A stretch of DNA of 64,000 bases from Ignavibacterium sp. (lineage in GTDB: Bacteria; Bacteroidota; Ignavibacteria; Ignavibacteriales; Ignavibacteriaceae), in assembly GCF_039961615.1 (NCBI RefSeq), contig NZ_JABRWE010000034.1, positions 96,503 to 160,502 on the forward strand, written 5' to 3'. The notes below the pieces were generated by a model. The model was not told the DNA's origin and searched no databases. It saw only the letters and a list, made by a program, of their open reading frames with translations. A program made the translations under genes and the position numbers. Positions 44,594-55,101 of this stretch are shown here, piece after piece (the first letter of the stretch is position 1; every line of letters begins with the position of its first letter).

Positions 44594-47083
44594 TTATTTC
44601 AATAATATCATTTTCTTACTTTGTTTGAAATTGTCAGTAATTAAAGAATAGAAATAAACTCCGCTCGAAACATCAGTAGCAGAGAATTCAACAGAGTAAT
44701 TGCCTGCATTCAAAACATCATTAACCAAAGTTGTAACCTCTCTTCCGAGAATATCGCTAACAATTATTTTAACAGAAGTCTGTTCCGGAATACTGAATTT
44801 AATTTTTGTTGATGGATTGAACGGATTCGGATAATTCTGCTCCAAGTTGTAGGTAACAGGTAATTCCGGATCTGTTTGTTCTACTGATAATGTTGCAAAG
44901 TTTACAATTCTTAGATCATCAAAATAAATTGTACCTGTGCTCGGGTTACCGGGAAAATATGTTAACTGATAACTATCAATTCTCAGTGGCGGTTCGAGTA
45001 CTCCATTTCCTAACCAGGTTCCTGTTTGTCCTTCTGCAAGATTCCAGTTAACAGCTTTCCAACCAACCCAGTCTATTTCATACCACGGACTAACTTCATA
45101 TCCACCAATGCCCTGATCAATTACACAGAATCTGAAGTAGTTTCCACTTCCATCACCCCAAATAAAAGTTTGCAGAATGTTTGAGTTGTCAAATGTTGGA
45201 GTAACCGGAGTATATTTCTCTCTGATTAACCAGTTAGTAGCACTTGTGTTCCAATCATAATTTAATTGCATTGACCTGGTGCTTCCTGTATTCAGATTTA
45301 CTATCGATGAGTTAAGAGCCATTGTTGTATTTGCAGGATTAACCCCAACAGTTGAGCCGGATTGAGTTGGCTGCCACCAGGAACCAACACCATTTTCAAA
45401 ATTATCAATTAGAATTAGTTGATTATAAGTATTGTTTCCTGTTGTGAAAGTAAAATCATTTTGTGATGCAATTTCATTTCCGTAAACATCTTTAATTCCG
45501 GGTAGAAGCTGAATTGTGTATGTTTCATTTTCCGCAAGTAAAGTTGTTACAAAGAAGTTCAAAGCACTTTTTCCGTTTACTGTGTAAAATCTCAAAATTC
45601 CATTTGCAAAAGTCCCGTTAGAATTTCTGTAAACTTTCACTTTACCCGAAACTGTTGAAGCACTAACAGGTTCATCGAAAATAATATTAATAACAGGTTT
45701 AATCTCAACATTTGTTGAATTGGGATTAGGATAAACGCTTACTATCTGTGGTGCACTAACATCCTGAGGTTTTGTATAAATGGTTTTTGAATAAGCATCG
45801 CCGGGAGTTCCGTCACCATTTCCATCAAATGGATGACCGAATTTTCCCTGTGCAGTTGGATTTATTGTAATCTGATATGAGGAATTATAAGTAAAGTTCG
45901 ATGTATTAATTGACAATGTTTTATCACTGTTGCTCCAGGTGAAAGTGACCCCAACAGAAGGATTAATGCTGACTGCATTTTCAGTGGAAGCTCTGTCCAT
46001 TTGTCTTGAGAAATTTATTACGAAACTTTCATATCCCGGATAAAGAGTATCATTCGCAGGTGAAGTGCTCACAACTGTTGGTGGAACATTTGAAATCATC
46101 TGCACATCTTTGAATGTAATGAAAGTATCCTGCATTGTAACTGTTGTCAGTAAAGTATCATAACCATTTCTGTAAAACTTAATCGGATGAGTTCCCTGAG
46201 GTATGTTTTCAAAGTAGTAAAAACCGTTTCTTAAAAATTCAGGATCATATCCGAAACGATAGAACAAAGATTCATAAGTATCAGTAGTATCAATCTGACC
46301 GTTTATTTCTATGATTGCACCGTTGATTGGTAAACCACTTTCATAATCAGTAATTATTCCTGCAACAGTTCCGGCATAAGGTCGCGGAAGATTGTGATAT
46401 TTTAATATTGTCCAGAACATTGTTTTGGCTTCCATTCTTTTCCAAAGTTCATTCATATTTCTCTGATTCTGAGTTGGATTAGTATGGAAACCGGCTTCAC
46501 TAAGTTCTGAAGCCATATTTGTCTCACGGTTTACATGTAAATAGGGTAGATTACCCGGCACTCCATAGAAAGTTCTGTCACCAACAGAACCTCTTGTTGT
46601 CGTTCTCATTCCTGCGGTTAGAAGAACAACCATAATATCGCTCATCTTTTTTCCACCAGGAGGATACTTTTCCGGACCATTGATACCTAATTGCCCCCAC
46701 AAGAGTAAAGTGCTGTTTGGAGTTGGTGAAGATGCAGCATCGCTGTGGATTGAGTGATAATGGGCAGCACCGAGTGCATTTGCCTGATCAGTTCTTTGTC
46801 CTAGTGATACCTGAACAGAATCATTTTCACGACAAATGTAAACTGTATCGATGTCTGTCCAATCAAGTAACATTTGTCTTAAATGTAAACCAACTCTTAA
46901 GTTTTTCTCTGCTTCTGAGTAACCATAGATTCCCATATTTTCAAATTGACTGTGTCCGGGATCCAAATAAATATTCCAGTTAGATAATCCCGTAACCTGT
47001 GCTTTTAAATCAAAGTAATTGCACAGAATTAAAATTATAAATGTGATGACAGCTAAATTTTTTATTTTCATCTTAAACTCCAT
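44594..47083 (-). CDS. N-acetylmuramoyl-L-alanine amidase (Amidase_3) with Ig-like/carbohydrate-binding modules and T9SS C-terminal sorting domain
   Basis: It has a signal peptide and the Amidase_3 motifs LDPGHS and YHSIHSDA. A CarboxypepD_reg-like module (GIITDYESGLPINGAIIEINGQ) and SbsA-Ig-like repeats follow. The CTD is EQNYPNPFNPSTKI...GVYFYSL...KKMILLK. Confidence 0.8.
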   Translation of the reverse strand: MEFKMKIKNLAVITFIILILCNYFDLKAQVTGLSNWNIYLDPGHSQFENMGIYGYSEAEKNLRVGLHLRQMLLDWTDIDTVYICRENDSVQVSLGQRTDQANALGAAHYHSIHSDAASSPTPNSTLLLWGQLGINGPEKYPPGGKKMSDIMVVLLTAGMRTTTRGSVGDRTFYGVPGNLPYLHVNRETNMASELSEAGFHTNPTQNQRNMNELWKRMEAKTMFWTILKYHNLPRPYAGTVAGIITDYESGLPINGAIIEINGQIDTTDTYESLFYRFGYDPEFLRNGFYYFENIPQGTHPIKFYRNGYDTLLTTVTMQDTFITFKDVQMISNVPPTVVSTSPANDTLYPGYESFVINFSRQMDRASTENAVSINPSVGVTFTWSNSDKTLSINTSNFTYNSSYQITINPTAQGKFGHPFDGNGDGTPGDAYSKTIYTKPQDVSAPQIVSVYPNPNSTNVEIKPVINIIFDEPVSASTVSGKVKVYRNSNGTFANGILRFYTVNGKSALNFFVTTLLAENETYTIQLLPGIKDVYGNEIASQNDFTFTTGNNTYNQLILIDNFENGVGSWWQPTQSGSTVGVNPANTTMALNSSIVNLNTGSTRSMQLNYDWNTSATNWLIREKYTPVTPTFDNSNILQTFIWGDGSGNYFRFCVIDQGIGGYEVSPWYEIDWVGWKAVNWNLAEGQTGTWLGNGVLEPPLRIDSYQLTYFPGNPSTGTIYFDDLRIVNFATLSVEQTDPELPVTYNLEQNYPNPFNPSTKIKFSIPEQTSVKIIVSDILGREVTTLVNDVLNAGNYSVEFSATDVSSGVYFYSLITDNFKQSKKMILLK

Positions 47084-48018
47084 TAATCCAAATTCATAAA
47101 GTAGATTGAACCTTCATCAAAAACTTCAAAGACAATTTTGTTGTTCACAAAAGAAGCTGAAGGTGATAATTCAATTTTGTCATTTGTATTTGTGATGTTT
47201 CTTTTTTCAGTTCCATCATATTTAATTATATAAATGTCTGATGAAGTAAACTGATGTCCGTCATCTTCAGTAATCATATAAATCAGGTGTTGTGAATCAG
47301 CCATCCATTTTGCTCTGTAACCTTTCCCTAAATCGACTAACTCAGTTCCATCAATTTTCATTGAATACAAATTACCACCGTAAATCTCAAATGCAATTCT
47401 TTGGTTATCGGGGGAAATGGAAATGTTCATAAATTTTTTACCGGGAATAGGTTCAATGATTTTTATTGTGTTATTAGTTAAATCTTTCACACCAATTTTA
47501 TCATCATTGGTTAGATAAACTAACTGCTGTGAAGAACTTTGTTTTTGCTCAGAAGTTGCAATCAGTCCAGTGCTAAGGCTTTCAATCTGATTATCAGTCA
47601 CGATAAAAACATTTTCATTGTAATTTGACCATCTTGGTAACGAAGGCATTCTAGTTCTGTAATCAGTGAGTTGAATTGCTTCAGCAGTTTCTACATTATA
47701 AATCTTGACTGCGTTGTAGCGAATTGGTCCATCATAATAAGCTGGTCTGCTTAAAATAAATTTTGAATCAGGTGACCACTGCATTGCGAAACCGGCAGCA
47801 ATTTCATCAGTGATTTGATTGATAGAATTATCAGAAAATTTATAAATCCAGATACCCTGGAATCCTGCTTTTGTGAATGCGACAAATTCACCATTTGGTG
47901 AAATGGTTGGATTCATACAAATGTCTTCAACTGAACCGGTAATTTTGATCGGAAGAGTTTGAGCAACAACATTCATCAGTAGAAGATTTAACACCAGGAC
48001 AAAGATTTTTATTTTCAT
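47083..48018 (-). CDS. exported TolB-like (PD40/WD40-like) beta-propeller protein
   Basis: It has a signal peptide and repeated SPDG/SPD..-type blades (ISPNGEFVAF, WSPDSKFIL, ISPDNQRIAF). Its stop overlaps the downstream start by 1 nt (TAATG). Confidence 0.65.
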   Translation of the reverse strand: MKIKIFVLVLNLLLMNVVAQTLPIKITGSVEDICMNPTISPNGEFVAFTKAGFQGIWIYKFSDNSINQITDEIAAGFAMQWSPDSKFILSRPAYYDGPIRYNAVKIYNVETAEAIQLTDYRTRMPSLPRWSNYNENVFIVTDNQIESLSTGLIATSEQKQSSSQQLVYLTNDDKIGVKDLTNNTIKIIEPIPGKKFMNISISPDNQRIAFEIYGGNLYSMKIDGTELVDLGKGYRAKWMADSQHLIYMITEDDGHQFTSSDIYIIKYDGTEKRNITNTNDKIELSPSASFVNNKIVFEVFDEGSIYFMNLD

Positions 48019-48172
48019 CAGAAGTGCCTTTAAATTTTATTTGATAATTATAAAATGTTAACTGCTTCCCCATAAGAGCATTGAAAAGATATTAAAATTT
48101 TTTTTAACAATCATTATATAATTTCAATTATTTCGTTTCTATTTTTGAAATGAAATTAAAAGGTGCTTTTTA

Positions 48173-49639
48173 ATGAATAAAAAACTTACCATAGTAATTC
48201 CAAAAGGTAATAAGCAGGCAAATCAGGTTACTATCGAAAGATTAAGGAATAATCTTTTAGTCGATAAAATAATTTTGCTCTCCAATGATGATGAAAAACT
48301 TAATGCTGATGAAGTAATTCATATAGAAAGTTTTCAGACAACGGATACGATTAAAAAAATTTCCAAACATCTTAATACTGAATATGTTTTGTTGGTTCTG
48401 AGTGATAAGCCAATTCTTCCTGGTCAGTTTATGATTGAAAGATTCATTCAGATCTCTGAGAACACAAATGCCGGATTGGTTTATTCTGATTTTTATGAAA
48501 CGGAAAACGGTACTTTGATTGCTCACCAGGTAATTGATTATCAGGAAGGGAGTTTACGAGATGATTTTGATTTCGGTGAGATGCTTTTCATCAGAGCAGA
48601 TGCTTTCAAAAATGCAGTTAGCAAAATGAACAGCGATTATAAGTTCGCAGGAATTTATGATTTGAGATTAAAAATTTCAGAAAGTAATTCTTTGTTTCAT
48701 ATTCAGGAATACTTATACACAGTTGAAAAAGCTGATAAGTTTGGAACAGAAGATAAGCACTTCAGTTATGTCGATCCGAAAAACAGACAAGTACAAATTG
48801 AAATGGAAGCTGCCTGTACAGAGCATTTGAAAGCTGTCGGAGCATATTTAAAACCCGAGCAAAGACAAATTGAGTTTGAAAATAATTTTGATTTTGAAGC
48901 AAGTGTCATAATTCCAGTTCGCAACAGAGTTAAAACAATTGGCGATGCAATTACATCGGTCTTATCACAAAAAACAAATTTTAAATTCAATCTGATTATA
49001 GTTGATAATCATTCAACTGACGGAACAACTGAAGTAATAAACAATCATGCAAGTAATGATAGTAGAATAATTCATATTATTCCCGAAAGAAAAGATCTTG
49101 GTATCGGAGGTTGCTGGAATGAAGCAATTCATCATCAAAAATGCGGAAGATTTGCTTGTCAGTTAGATAGCGATGACATCTATAAAGATGAGAACACACT
49201 TCAGACAATAGTTGATACTTTTCATAAAGAGAAATGTGCGATGGTAATAGGTTCATATCAGATTACAGATTTTAATCTAAATGAATTACCACCGGGATTA
49301 ATAGATCACAGAGAATGGACAGATGAAAATGGTGCAAACAATGCATTAAGAATTAATGGACTTGGTGCACCGCGTGCGTTTTATACTCCAATTCTTCGTG
49401 AAATTAAAATTCCGAATGTTAGTTATGGTGAAGACTATGCTGTTGGTTTAGCAATTAGTCGTGATTATAAAATTGGTAGAATCTATCATTCACTTTATCT
49501 TTGCAGAAGATGGGAAGGTAATACTGATGCAAAGCTTGATTTACCAAGAATAAATGCAAATAATTTTTATAAAGACAGAATCAGAACAATTGAATTATTA
49601 GCACGGAAAAAGAAAAACACTGCAAAGGTTAAAATTTAA
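48173..49639 (+). CDS. family 2 glycosyltransferase (two GT-A-like halves)
   Basis: The C-terminal half has [34 protein letters not shown] and DSDD. The N-terminal half also starts LTIVIPKGN. Confidence 0.75.
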   Translation: MNKKLTIVIPKGNKQANQVTIERLRNNLLVDKIILLSNDDEKLNADEVIHIESFQTTDTIKKISKHLNTEYVLLVLSDKPILPGQFMIERFIQISENTNAGLVYSDFYETENGTLIAHQVIDYQEGSLRDDFDFGEMLFIRADAFKNAVSKMNSDYKFAGIYDLRLKISESNSLFHIQEYLYTVEKADKFGTEDKHFSYVDPKNRQVQIEMEAACTEHLKAVGAYLKPEQRQIEFENNFDFEASVIIPVRNRVKTIGDAITSVLSQKTNFKFNLIIVDNHSTDGTTEVINNHASNDSRIIHIIPERKDLGIGGCWNEAIHHQKCGRFACQLDSDDIYKDENTLQTIVDTFHKEKCAMVIGSYQITDFNLNELPPGLIDHREWTDENGANNALRINGLGAPRAFYTPILREIKIPNVSYGEDYAVGLAISRDYKIGRIYHSLYLCRRWEGNTDAKLDLPRINANNFYKDRIRTIELLARKKKNTAKVKI

Positions 49640-49813
49640 CACTGAAATATTGTTTATAAATGACTTTTGTAGATGCAATTTATTGACTTTAGCAAGCGAA
49701 ATAATTAGTTTTTCAATAGTCAAAAATTCCAATTGACTAAAAATTAATTCACGATAGAACTATATGAATACCGTAACAGGTTTTCATAATTTTCCATCAA
49801 AGGAGTCAGAGAT

Positions 49814-52800
49814 ATGAGAAAACTTCTACTGTTCTTCACCCTCTTCATAACTGCCTTCACAATTCAATCCTTTGCACAAACAGGAAAAATAAGCGGATAT
49901 GTCCGTGACGCTGAAACAGGCGAAGAGCTTATTGGTGCAAATGTAATTATTGAAGGCACGACAATGGGTGCCGCAACGAATATTGATGGTTATTATTCAA
50001 TTATCAATGTTCCTCCCGGCTCTTATACAGTAAGAGCTTCAATGGTTGGTTATTCTCCCAAAACCTTTCAGGATGTAAGAGTTAATATCAATTTAACAAC
50101 CGAATTGAATATTACTCTTAGTTCATCTGCAATACAGACTGAAGAAGTTGTGGTAATTGCAACCCAACCGATTGTTCGTCAGGATGTTTCTTCAAGTGTT
50201 GTGAACCTGAATATTGAAGAAGTAAAAAGCTTACCTGTTGTAAGTGTAACAGGAATCATTGGACTTCAGGCAGGTGTTCAGGGCTTAACGATTCGTGGTG
50301 GCGGAAGTGATCAAACTGCATTTGTAGTTAATGGTATCACACTTCGTGATGAAAGAGATAACACACCTTATACCGGAATCAGTTTTACATCAATTGAAGA
50401 GTTACAGATTCAAACCGGTGGATTTAATGCAGAGTATGGAAACATTCGCTCAGGTCTTATCAACATTGTAACCAAAGAAGGGAAGAAAGATAAATACTCA
50501 GTTTCCTTCATTGGAAGATACAGACCTGCCGGAAGAAAACATTTTGGCGCTGCTGTTAATGATCCTAATTCATATTGGATAAAACCATATATCGATCCTG
50601 ATGTTGCTTGGACTGGAACAAACAATGGAAATTGGGATATATACACTCAAAGAAATTATGCAAAATTCCCCGGTGGATGGAATGCTGTTTCCGAAGCTTT
50701 GTTAAGTGATTCTGACCCAACAAATGATTTAACGCCTGAAGCAGCTCAGCAATTATTCTTATGGCAGCACAGAAGGGAACTTGATATTAAAAGACCCGAT
50801 TACGATGTTGATATGAGCATCAGTGGTCCGGTTCCCGGCGGACAATCACTTGGTAACTTAAGATTCCTCGCTTCATACAGACAGACAAGAGAAATGTATT
50901 ACATTCCTCTTTCAAAAGATTCATATCAGGATTTTAATGGGCAGATTAGACTGACTTCAGACATCGCAACCGGAATGAAATTATCAATTGAAGGATTATA
51001 CGGAGAACAAACAGGAACAAACAGCAGCCGTTCAGGTGGTCCTGGGTTATTCCGCTCTGCTTCAGGTATAGCAAGTAACATCGATGTACGTGCGGGTGCA
51101 AGTTCCCTCGATGCCCGCGTTTATGCTTCTGATTATTGGGCTCCCAGCAAGATTATTACGAATATGCAGGGATTTAAATTCACTCACGTTCTCAGTCCTC
51201 AAACTTTTTACGAAGTGATTGGAAGCAGAGTAGCTTCAAAATATGATACTAATCCGGGAAGACCTCGCGATACAAGAAAACTTTATAACATTGGCGGCGT
51301 GCTCTTTGACGAATCACCAATCGGATATTTCAGCGGTGTTAGCTCAGGAATCGGCTCTGCAATGAATATGGGTCTTGGTTACAGTAATTCAAGAGATTCA
51401 AGTAAATTAGCCACGTATACTTTGAAAATGGATTTTGCGAGTCAGATTGATAAATACAATTATGTCAAAACCGGTTTTGAATTTATTTACACAGACAATA
51501 ATGTTAACTATGGTTTGATTGAACCGGCATTGCCTTCGAGCAATTCAATTTCTTCCTGGCATACTTTCCCGAAAAGATTAGGTGTTTATGTTCAGGATAA
51601 GCTTGAGTTTGAAGGAATGATTGCTAACCTTGGTGTTAGATTAGATTATCTTGATCCGGGCGGAGAATGGTATGAATATGATGACTACAATAAAGCCCTT
51701 TCGGGAAAATTTGCTGGCGGTATTGATACATTGCTTAAGAAAGTAAGCGTTGAAAAGCAACTGAATTTCGCACCGCGTTTGGGTGTCGCTTTCCCGATTA
51801 CAGTGAACAGTAAATTATATTTTAATTATGGTCATTTCAGATCAATGCCTGTTCCGGAAAACCTGTTCTTGCTCAGAAGATCACTTTCAACATTTGAAGT
51901 TTCCAGAATTGCAAACCCTTCTAATCCATTACCAAGAACAATTGCTTACGAACTCGGTTATGAGCAGAATTTATTCGATCAGTTCTTACTTAGTATAAAA
52001 GGTTATTATAAAGATGTTAGTGATCAACCCAGATTGGTAACTTATATCAGCAGAGATGGTTCGGTTAATTATTCACGACCCGAGCCAAATAATTATCAGG
52101 ATATAAGAGGGTTTGAAATCGAATTGCGCAAGAACAGAGGTGAATGGATTACAGGATTTTTCAACTATACATATATGGTAACAACAAGCGGGTTCTTCGG
52201 ACTCGATATTTATTATGAAGATCCTGCTTTGTTCAGGCAAAGACAAACAGATACAAAACTTCTTTATCAGGAAAAACCTGTTCCCCGGCCTTATGGACGT
52301 GCAAATATTGATATATTCACGCCTGATAATTGGGGACCGGAATTCGGGGGGATTAAAATTTTCGAGAAATTGAGATTAAATTTACTTGGTACATGGAGTT
52401 CAGGTAAATTCTTCACTTGGACTGGTCCAGGTACCCCACTCGCTGGTTATGAAAATAATTTCCAATGGAATGATTTCTATAATCTCGATCTGCGTTTGTC
52501 AAAAACATTTAATTTCGGCCGACTTGAAGTAGAGTTATTTATGGATATTTATAATGCTCTTAACATTCGCTATATGGATTATCCTTCTCTATATGATTAT
52601 CCAGCCGGCTTTGTTGATGCACAGGATTATTATGACTACATGAAATCACTTCATTTACCTGCTGATAAAGTTAAAGACTTTAATTATGGAAATATTCCTG
52701 GTGATGATAATCCCGGTGACTACAGAAAACCCGGTGTAGAATGGCAACCGTTAGAATATGCAAACAATGTATTTACCCTTTCTAATCCTAACAAGGTTGC

Positions 52801-52990
52801 GTGGTATTTTGATGCAAGAACAAGCAATTATTATCAATGGGATGGTAATAAGTGGAATAAAGTGCCTGATTCAAAAGTTAAAGAAGTGCTTGATAACAAA
52901 GCATATATTGATATGCCTAATTTACATTATACAACATTTCTTAACCCGAGAAACATATTCTTCGGAATTAAATTTAATTTCGATTTATAA
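49814..52990 (+). CDS. TonB-dependent receptor-like outer-membrane protein with N-terminal CarboxypepD_reg-like domain
   Basis: It has a signal peptide and GKISGYVRDAETGEELIGANVIIEGT...DGYYSIINVPPGSYTV. Plug-like motifs (GGGSDQTAFVVNGI, FNAEYGN) precede a long beta-barrel region. Confidence 0.8.
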   Translation: MRKLLLFFTLFITAFTIQSFAQTGKISGYVRDAETGEELIGANVIIEGTTMGAATNIDGYYSIINVPPGSYTVRASMVGYSPKTFQDVRVNINLTTELNITLSSSAIQTEEVVVIATQPIVRQDVSSSVVNLNIEEVKSLPVVSVTGIIGLQAGVQGLTIRGGGSDQTAFVVNGITLRDERDNTPYTGISFTSIEELQIQTGGFNAEYGNIRSGLINIVTKEGKKDKYSVSFIGRYRPAGRKHFGAAVNDPNSYWIKPYIDPDVAWTGTNNGNWDIYTQRNYAKFPGGWNAVSEALLSDSDPTNDLTPEAAQQLFLWQHRRELDIKRPDYDVDMSISGPVPGGQSLGNLRFLASYRQTREMYYIPLSKDSYQDFNGQIRLTSDIATGMKLSIEGLYGEQTGTNSSRSGGPGLFRSASGIASNIDVRAGASSLDARVYASDYWAPSKIITNMQGFKFTHVLSPQTFYEVIGSRVASKYDTNPGRPRDTRKLYNIGGVLFDESPIGYFSGVSSGIGSAMNMGLGYSNSRDSSKLATYTLKMDFASQIDKYNYVKTGFEFIYTDNNVNYGLIEPALPSSNSISSWHTFPKRLGVYVQDKLEFEGMIANLGVRLDYLDPGGEWYEYDDYNKALSGKFAGGIDTLLKKVSVEKQLNFAPRLGVAFPITVNSKLYFNYGHFRSMPVPENLFLLRRSLSTFEVSRIANPSNPLPRTIAYELGYEQNLFDQFLLSIKGYYKDVSDQPRLVTYISRDGSVNYSRPEPNNYQDIRGFEIELRKNRGEWITGFFNYTYMVTTSGFFGLDIYYEDPALFRQRQTDTKLLYQEKPVPRPYGRANIDIFTPDNWGPEFGGIKIFEKLRLNLLGTWSSGKFFTWTGPGTPLAGYENNFQWNDFYNLDLRLSKTFNFGRLEVELFMDIYNALNIRYMDYPSLYDYPAGFVDAQDYYDYMKSLHLPADKVKDFNYGNIPGDDNPGDYRKPGVEWQPLEYANNVFTLSNPNKVAWYFDARTSNYYQWDGNKWNKVPDSKVKEVLDNKAYIDMPNLHYTTFLNPRNIFFGIKFNFDL

Positions 52991-53016
52991 TAGTAAAGAA
53001 ATTATAAGAGGAACTA

Positions 53017-55092
53017 ATGAAAAGATTAAAACAAACGACTCAGCTTTCAATCCTACTGGTTTCCATATTGTTTGTTTTCCTTTCATCAACCGAAGTGAAA
53101 GCACAATTTACAAATGTATGGATGTCAGCTGGCAGCTTGCATAGCTGGTATTCAGAAATCGGTTCGGAACTCGAAGAAGCATTTGTCAGAAGACAACAGT
53201 ATGGAATGCAATGGCCTGCAATCTATAAAGCTCAGGACATGCAGGCAGCAAGAGGTTTCTGGATTGGTGCTAAAAATTTCACCGATGAAAACGGAAATAA
53301 TTTTCCTTACAAAGTTGTAACTATCGGACCCCGCAATCCGATGTTCTATGCAGCTTATCCGGTAAAGATGGAACTTGTAAGTAAATTCGATGCTCCAATC
53401 GTTACTGTTGATGGAAATCTGACTTATGAAAAGTCTGTAACAATTGACAGAGTAGAAGATACACTTAAAGCTGACAGAATGATTATAAATGTTGTTAATA
53501 CTCAGCTTGGTGTTACAATGGAAAGAAAAATTTATCAGTTCTCTCAGCAATACCACGACAACTATGTTGTTTATGAGTACACATTCACAAACACCGGCAA
53601 CACTGACGGAGATCCTGAAATTGAACTTCCGAATAACACCATAAACGATATGTATGTGTTCTGGACTTACAGAAATGCTGTCAATGCTTCTACAAGATTT
53701 GTTATCGGAAATTCAACCGGTTGGGGAAAGAACACAATGAATGATGCAAGAGGCGATGGTGTAAAGCCAGACCCTGCCGGTGAACAATTTCGCTGTCAGT
53801 TTTCATGGCATGGATACACAGGCGAAAAAGATGTTTCCTATGATAACATCGGTGGTCCGATCTGGTCATTAAACAGCAATGCACTATTGTATAATGCATC
53901 TGATGATACGATCGGAAGACTCGGAGCCACACAGTTCATTGGTGTTGTAACACTGCATGCTGATAAATCCGCAACAGATAAATCAGATGATCCGGCACAA
54001 CCAAGTCATACTTCTTATCTTGATTCTGATGATGATAAATTTTTAGGCGGAAGAGACAATGCTTTCAATATTGCAAGAATGACCGTTCAATATCAGTTTA
54101 TGGCGAATACAGGTCATATGAGTCCACGACACGCCGATCTTGTTGAACCCAGTGGTGATTTCGCTTTGCAACGAACAAACCCTAACCTTGGTAACACGGG
54201 CGGATTTTCTTTCAATAATGGCTATGGACCTTACACTCTTGGTCCCGGTGAAAGTGTAAGAATTGTTATGGTTGAAGGTGCAAATGGTCTTTCCCGTGCA
54301 GAACAAATACGTGTTGGAAGACTATTCAAAAATGGTGGAATATCGGCATTAGAAAAAGACAGAATAGTTATTGATTCAGGAAGAGTAAAATTGATGGAGA
54401 CATTTCAAAGAGCCACTGAGAATTTTAACTCCGGCTGGAATATTCCTCAACCTCCAAGACCACCTCAGACGTTTGAAGTTGTTGGGCTGGGAGACAGAAT
54501 TTCATTAACATGGTCTGTTGATCCTTCCGATCCTAATCCGCCAACGGGCTTTAAGATTTATCGCGCACTCGGAGATTACTACAAAGATTATACTTTGATA
54601 GCTGAATTACCTGCTGATGCCCGAAACTTCGATGATGTGACTGCTATCAGGGGTTTCAGTTATTTCTACTTTATCACTGCTGTTGGTGCTGATCAACCTG
54701 GCGGACCGGGAACACCTCCGGGCAAACTTGAAAGCAGCAGATACTATACACAAACTTATGAACCCGTAACATTGAAAAGACCCCCTGAAAAAGGTCTGGC
54801 AAATGTTCGCATAGTTCCTAATCCATTTATAATTGATTCGGATTTCAAATATTATGGAAGATACGATGATGATAAAATTTCTTTCTTCAATCTGCCCACA
54901 AATTGTACAATCAGAATTTATACTGAACTGGGCGAACTGATTAAAACTATCGAACACAAAGGAAGCGGTGATAATTACTGGTATAATGTTACATCATCAA
55001 ATCAGATAATTGCGAGCGGAATTTACATTGCTGTCTTTACCGACAATGACACAGGTGAAAGTAAAATTGAAAAATTCGCAATCATCCGTTAA
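53017..55092 (+). CDS. secreted protein of unknown function with FN3-like module and T9SS-type C-terminal domain
   Basis: It has a signal peptide and an FN3-like stretch FEVVGLGDRISLTWSVDPSDPNPPTGFKIYRA. The C-terminus is CTD-like, VRIVPNPFII...IRIYTELGELI...SGIYIAVF...KFAIIR. Confidence 0.6.
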   Translation: MKRLKQTTQLSILLVSILFVFLSSTEVKAQFTNVWMSAGSLHSWYSEIGSELEEAFVRRQQYGMQWPAIYKAQDMQAARGFWIGAKNFTDENGNNFPYKVVTIGPRNPMFYAAYPVKMELVSKFDAPIVTVDGNLTYEKSVTIDRVEDTLKADRMIINVVNTQLGVTMERKIYQFSQQYHDNYVVYEYTFTNTGNTDGDPEIELPNNTINDMYVFWTYRNAVNASTRFVIGNSTGWGKNTMNDARGDGVKPDPAGEQFRCQFSWHGYTGEKDVSYDNIGGPIWSLNSNALLYNASDDTIGRLGATQFIGVVTLHADKSATDKSDDPAQPSHTSYLDSDDDKFLGGRDNAFNIARMTVQYQFMANTGHMSPRHADLVEPSGDFALQRTNPNLGNTGGFSFNNGYGPYTLGPGESVRIVMVEGANGLSRAEQIRVGRLFKNGGISALEKDRIVIDSGRVKLMETFQRATENFNSGWNIPQPPRPPQTFEVVGLGDRISLTWSVDPSDPNPPTGFKIYRALGDYYKDYTLIAELPADARNFDDVTAIRGFSYFYFITAVGADQPGGPGTPPGKLESSRYYTQTYEPVTLKRPPEKGLANVRIVPNPFIIDSDFKYYGRYDDDKISFFNLPTNCTIRIYTELGELIKTIEHKGSGDNYWYNVTSSNQIIASGIYIAVFTDNDTGESKIEKFAIIR

Positions 55093-55101
55093 TTAAACTT
55101 A

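Noticed and set aside
52758-53144. A 128-aa ORF bridging the end of the TonB-receptor gene and the start of the next gene.
   Set aside because: It lies out of frame over two supported genes and has no motifs.
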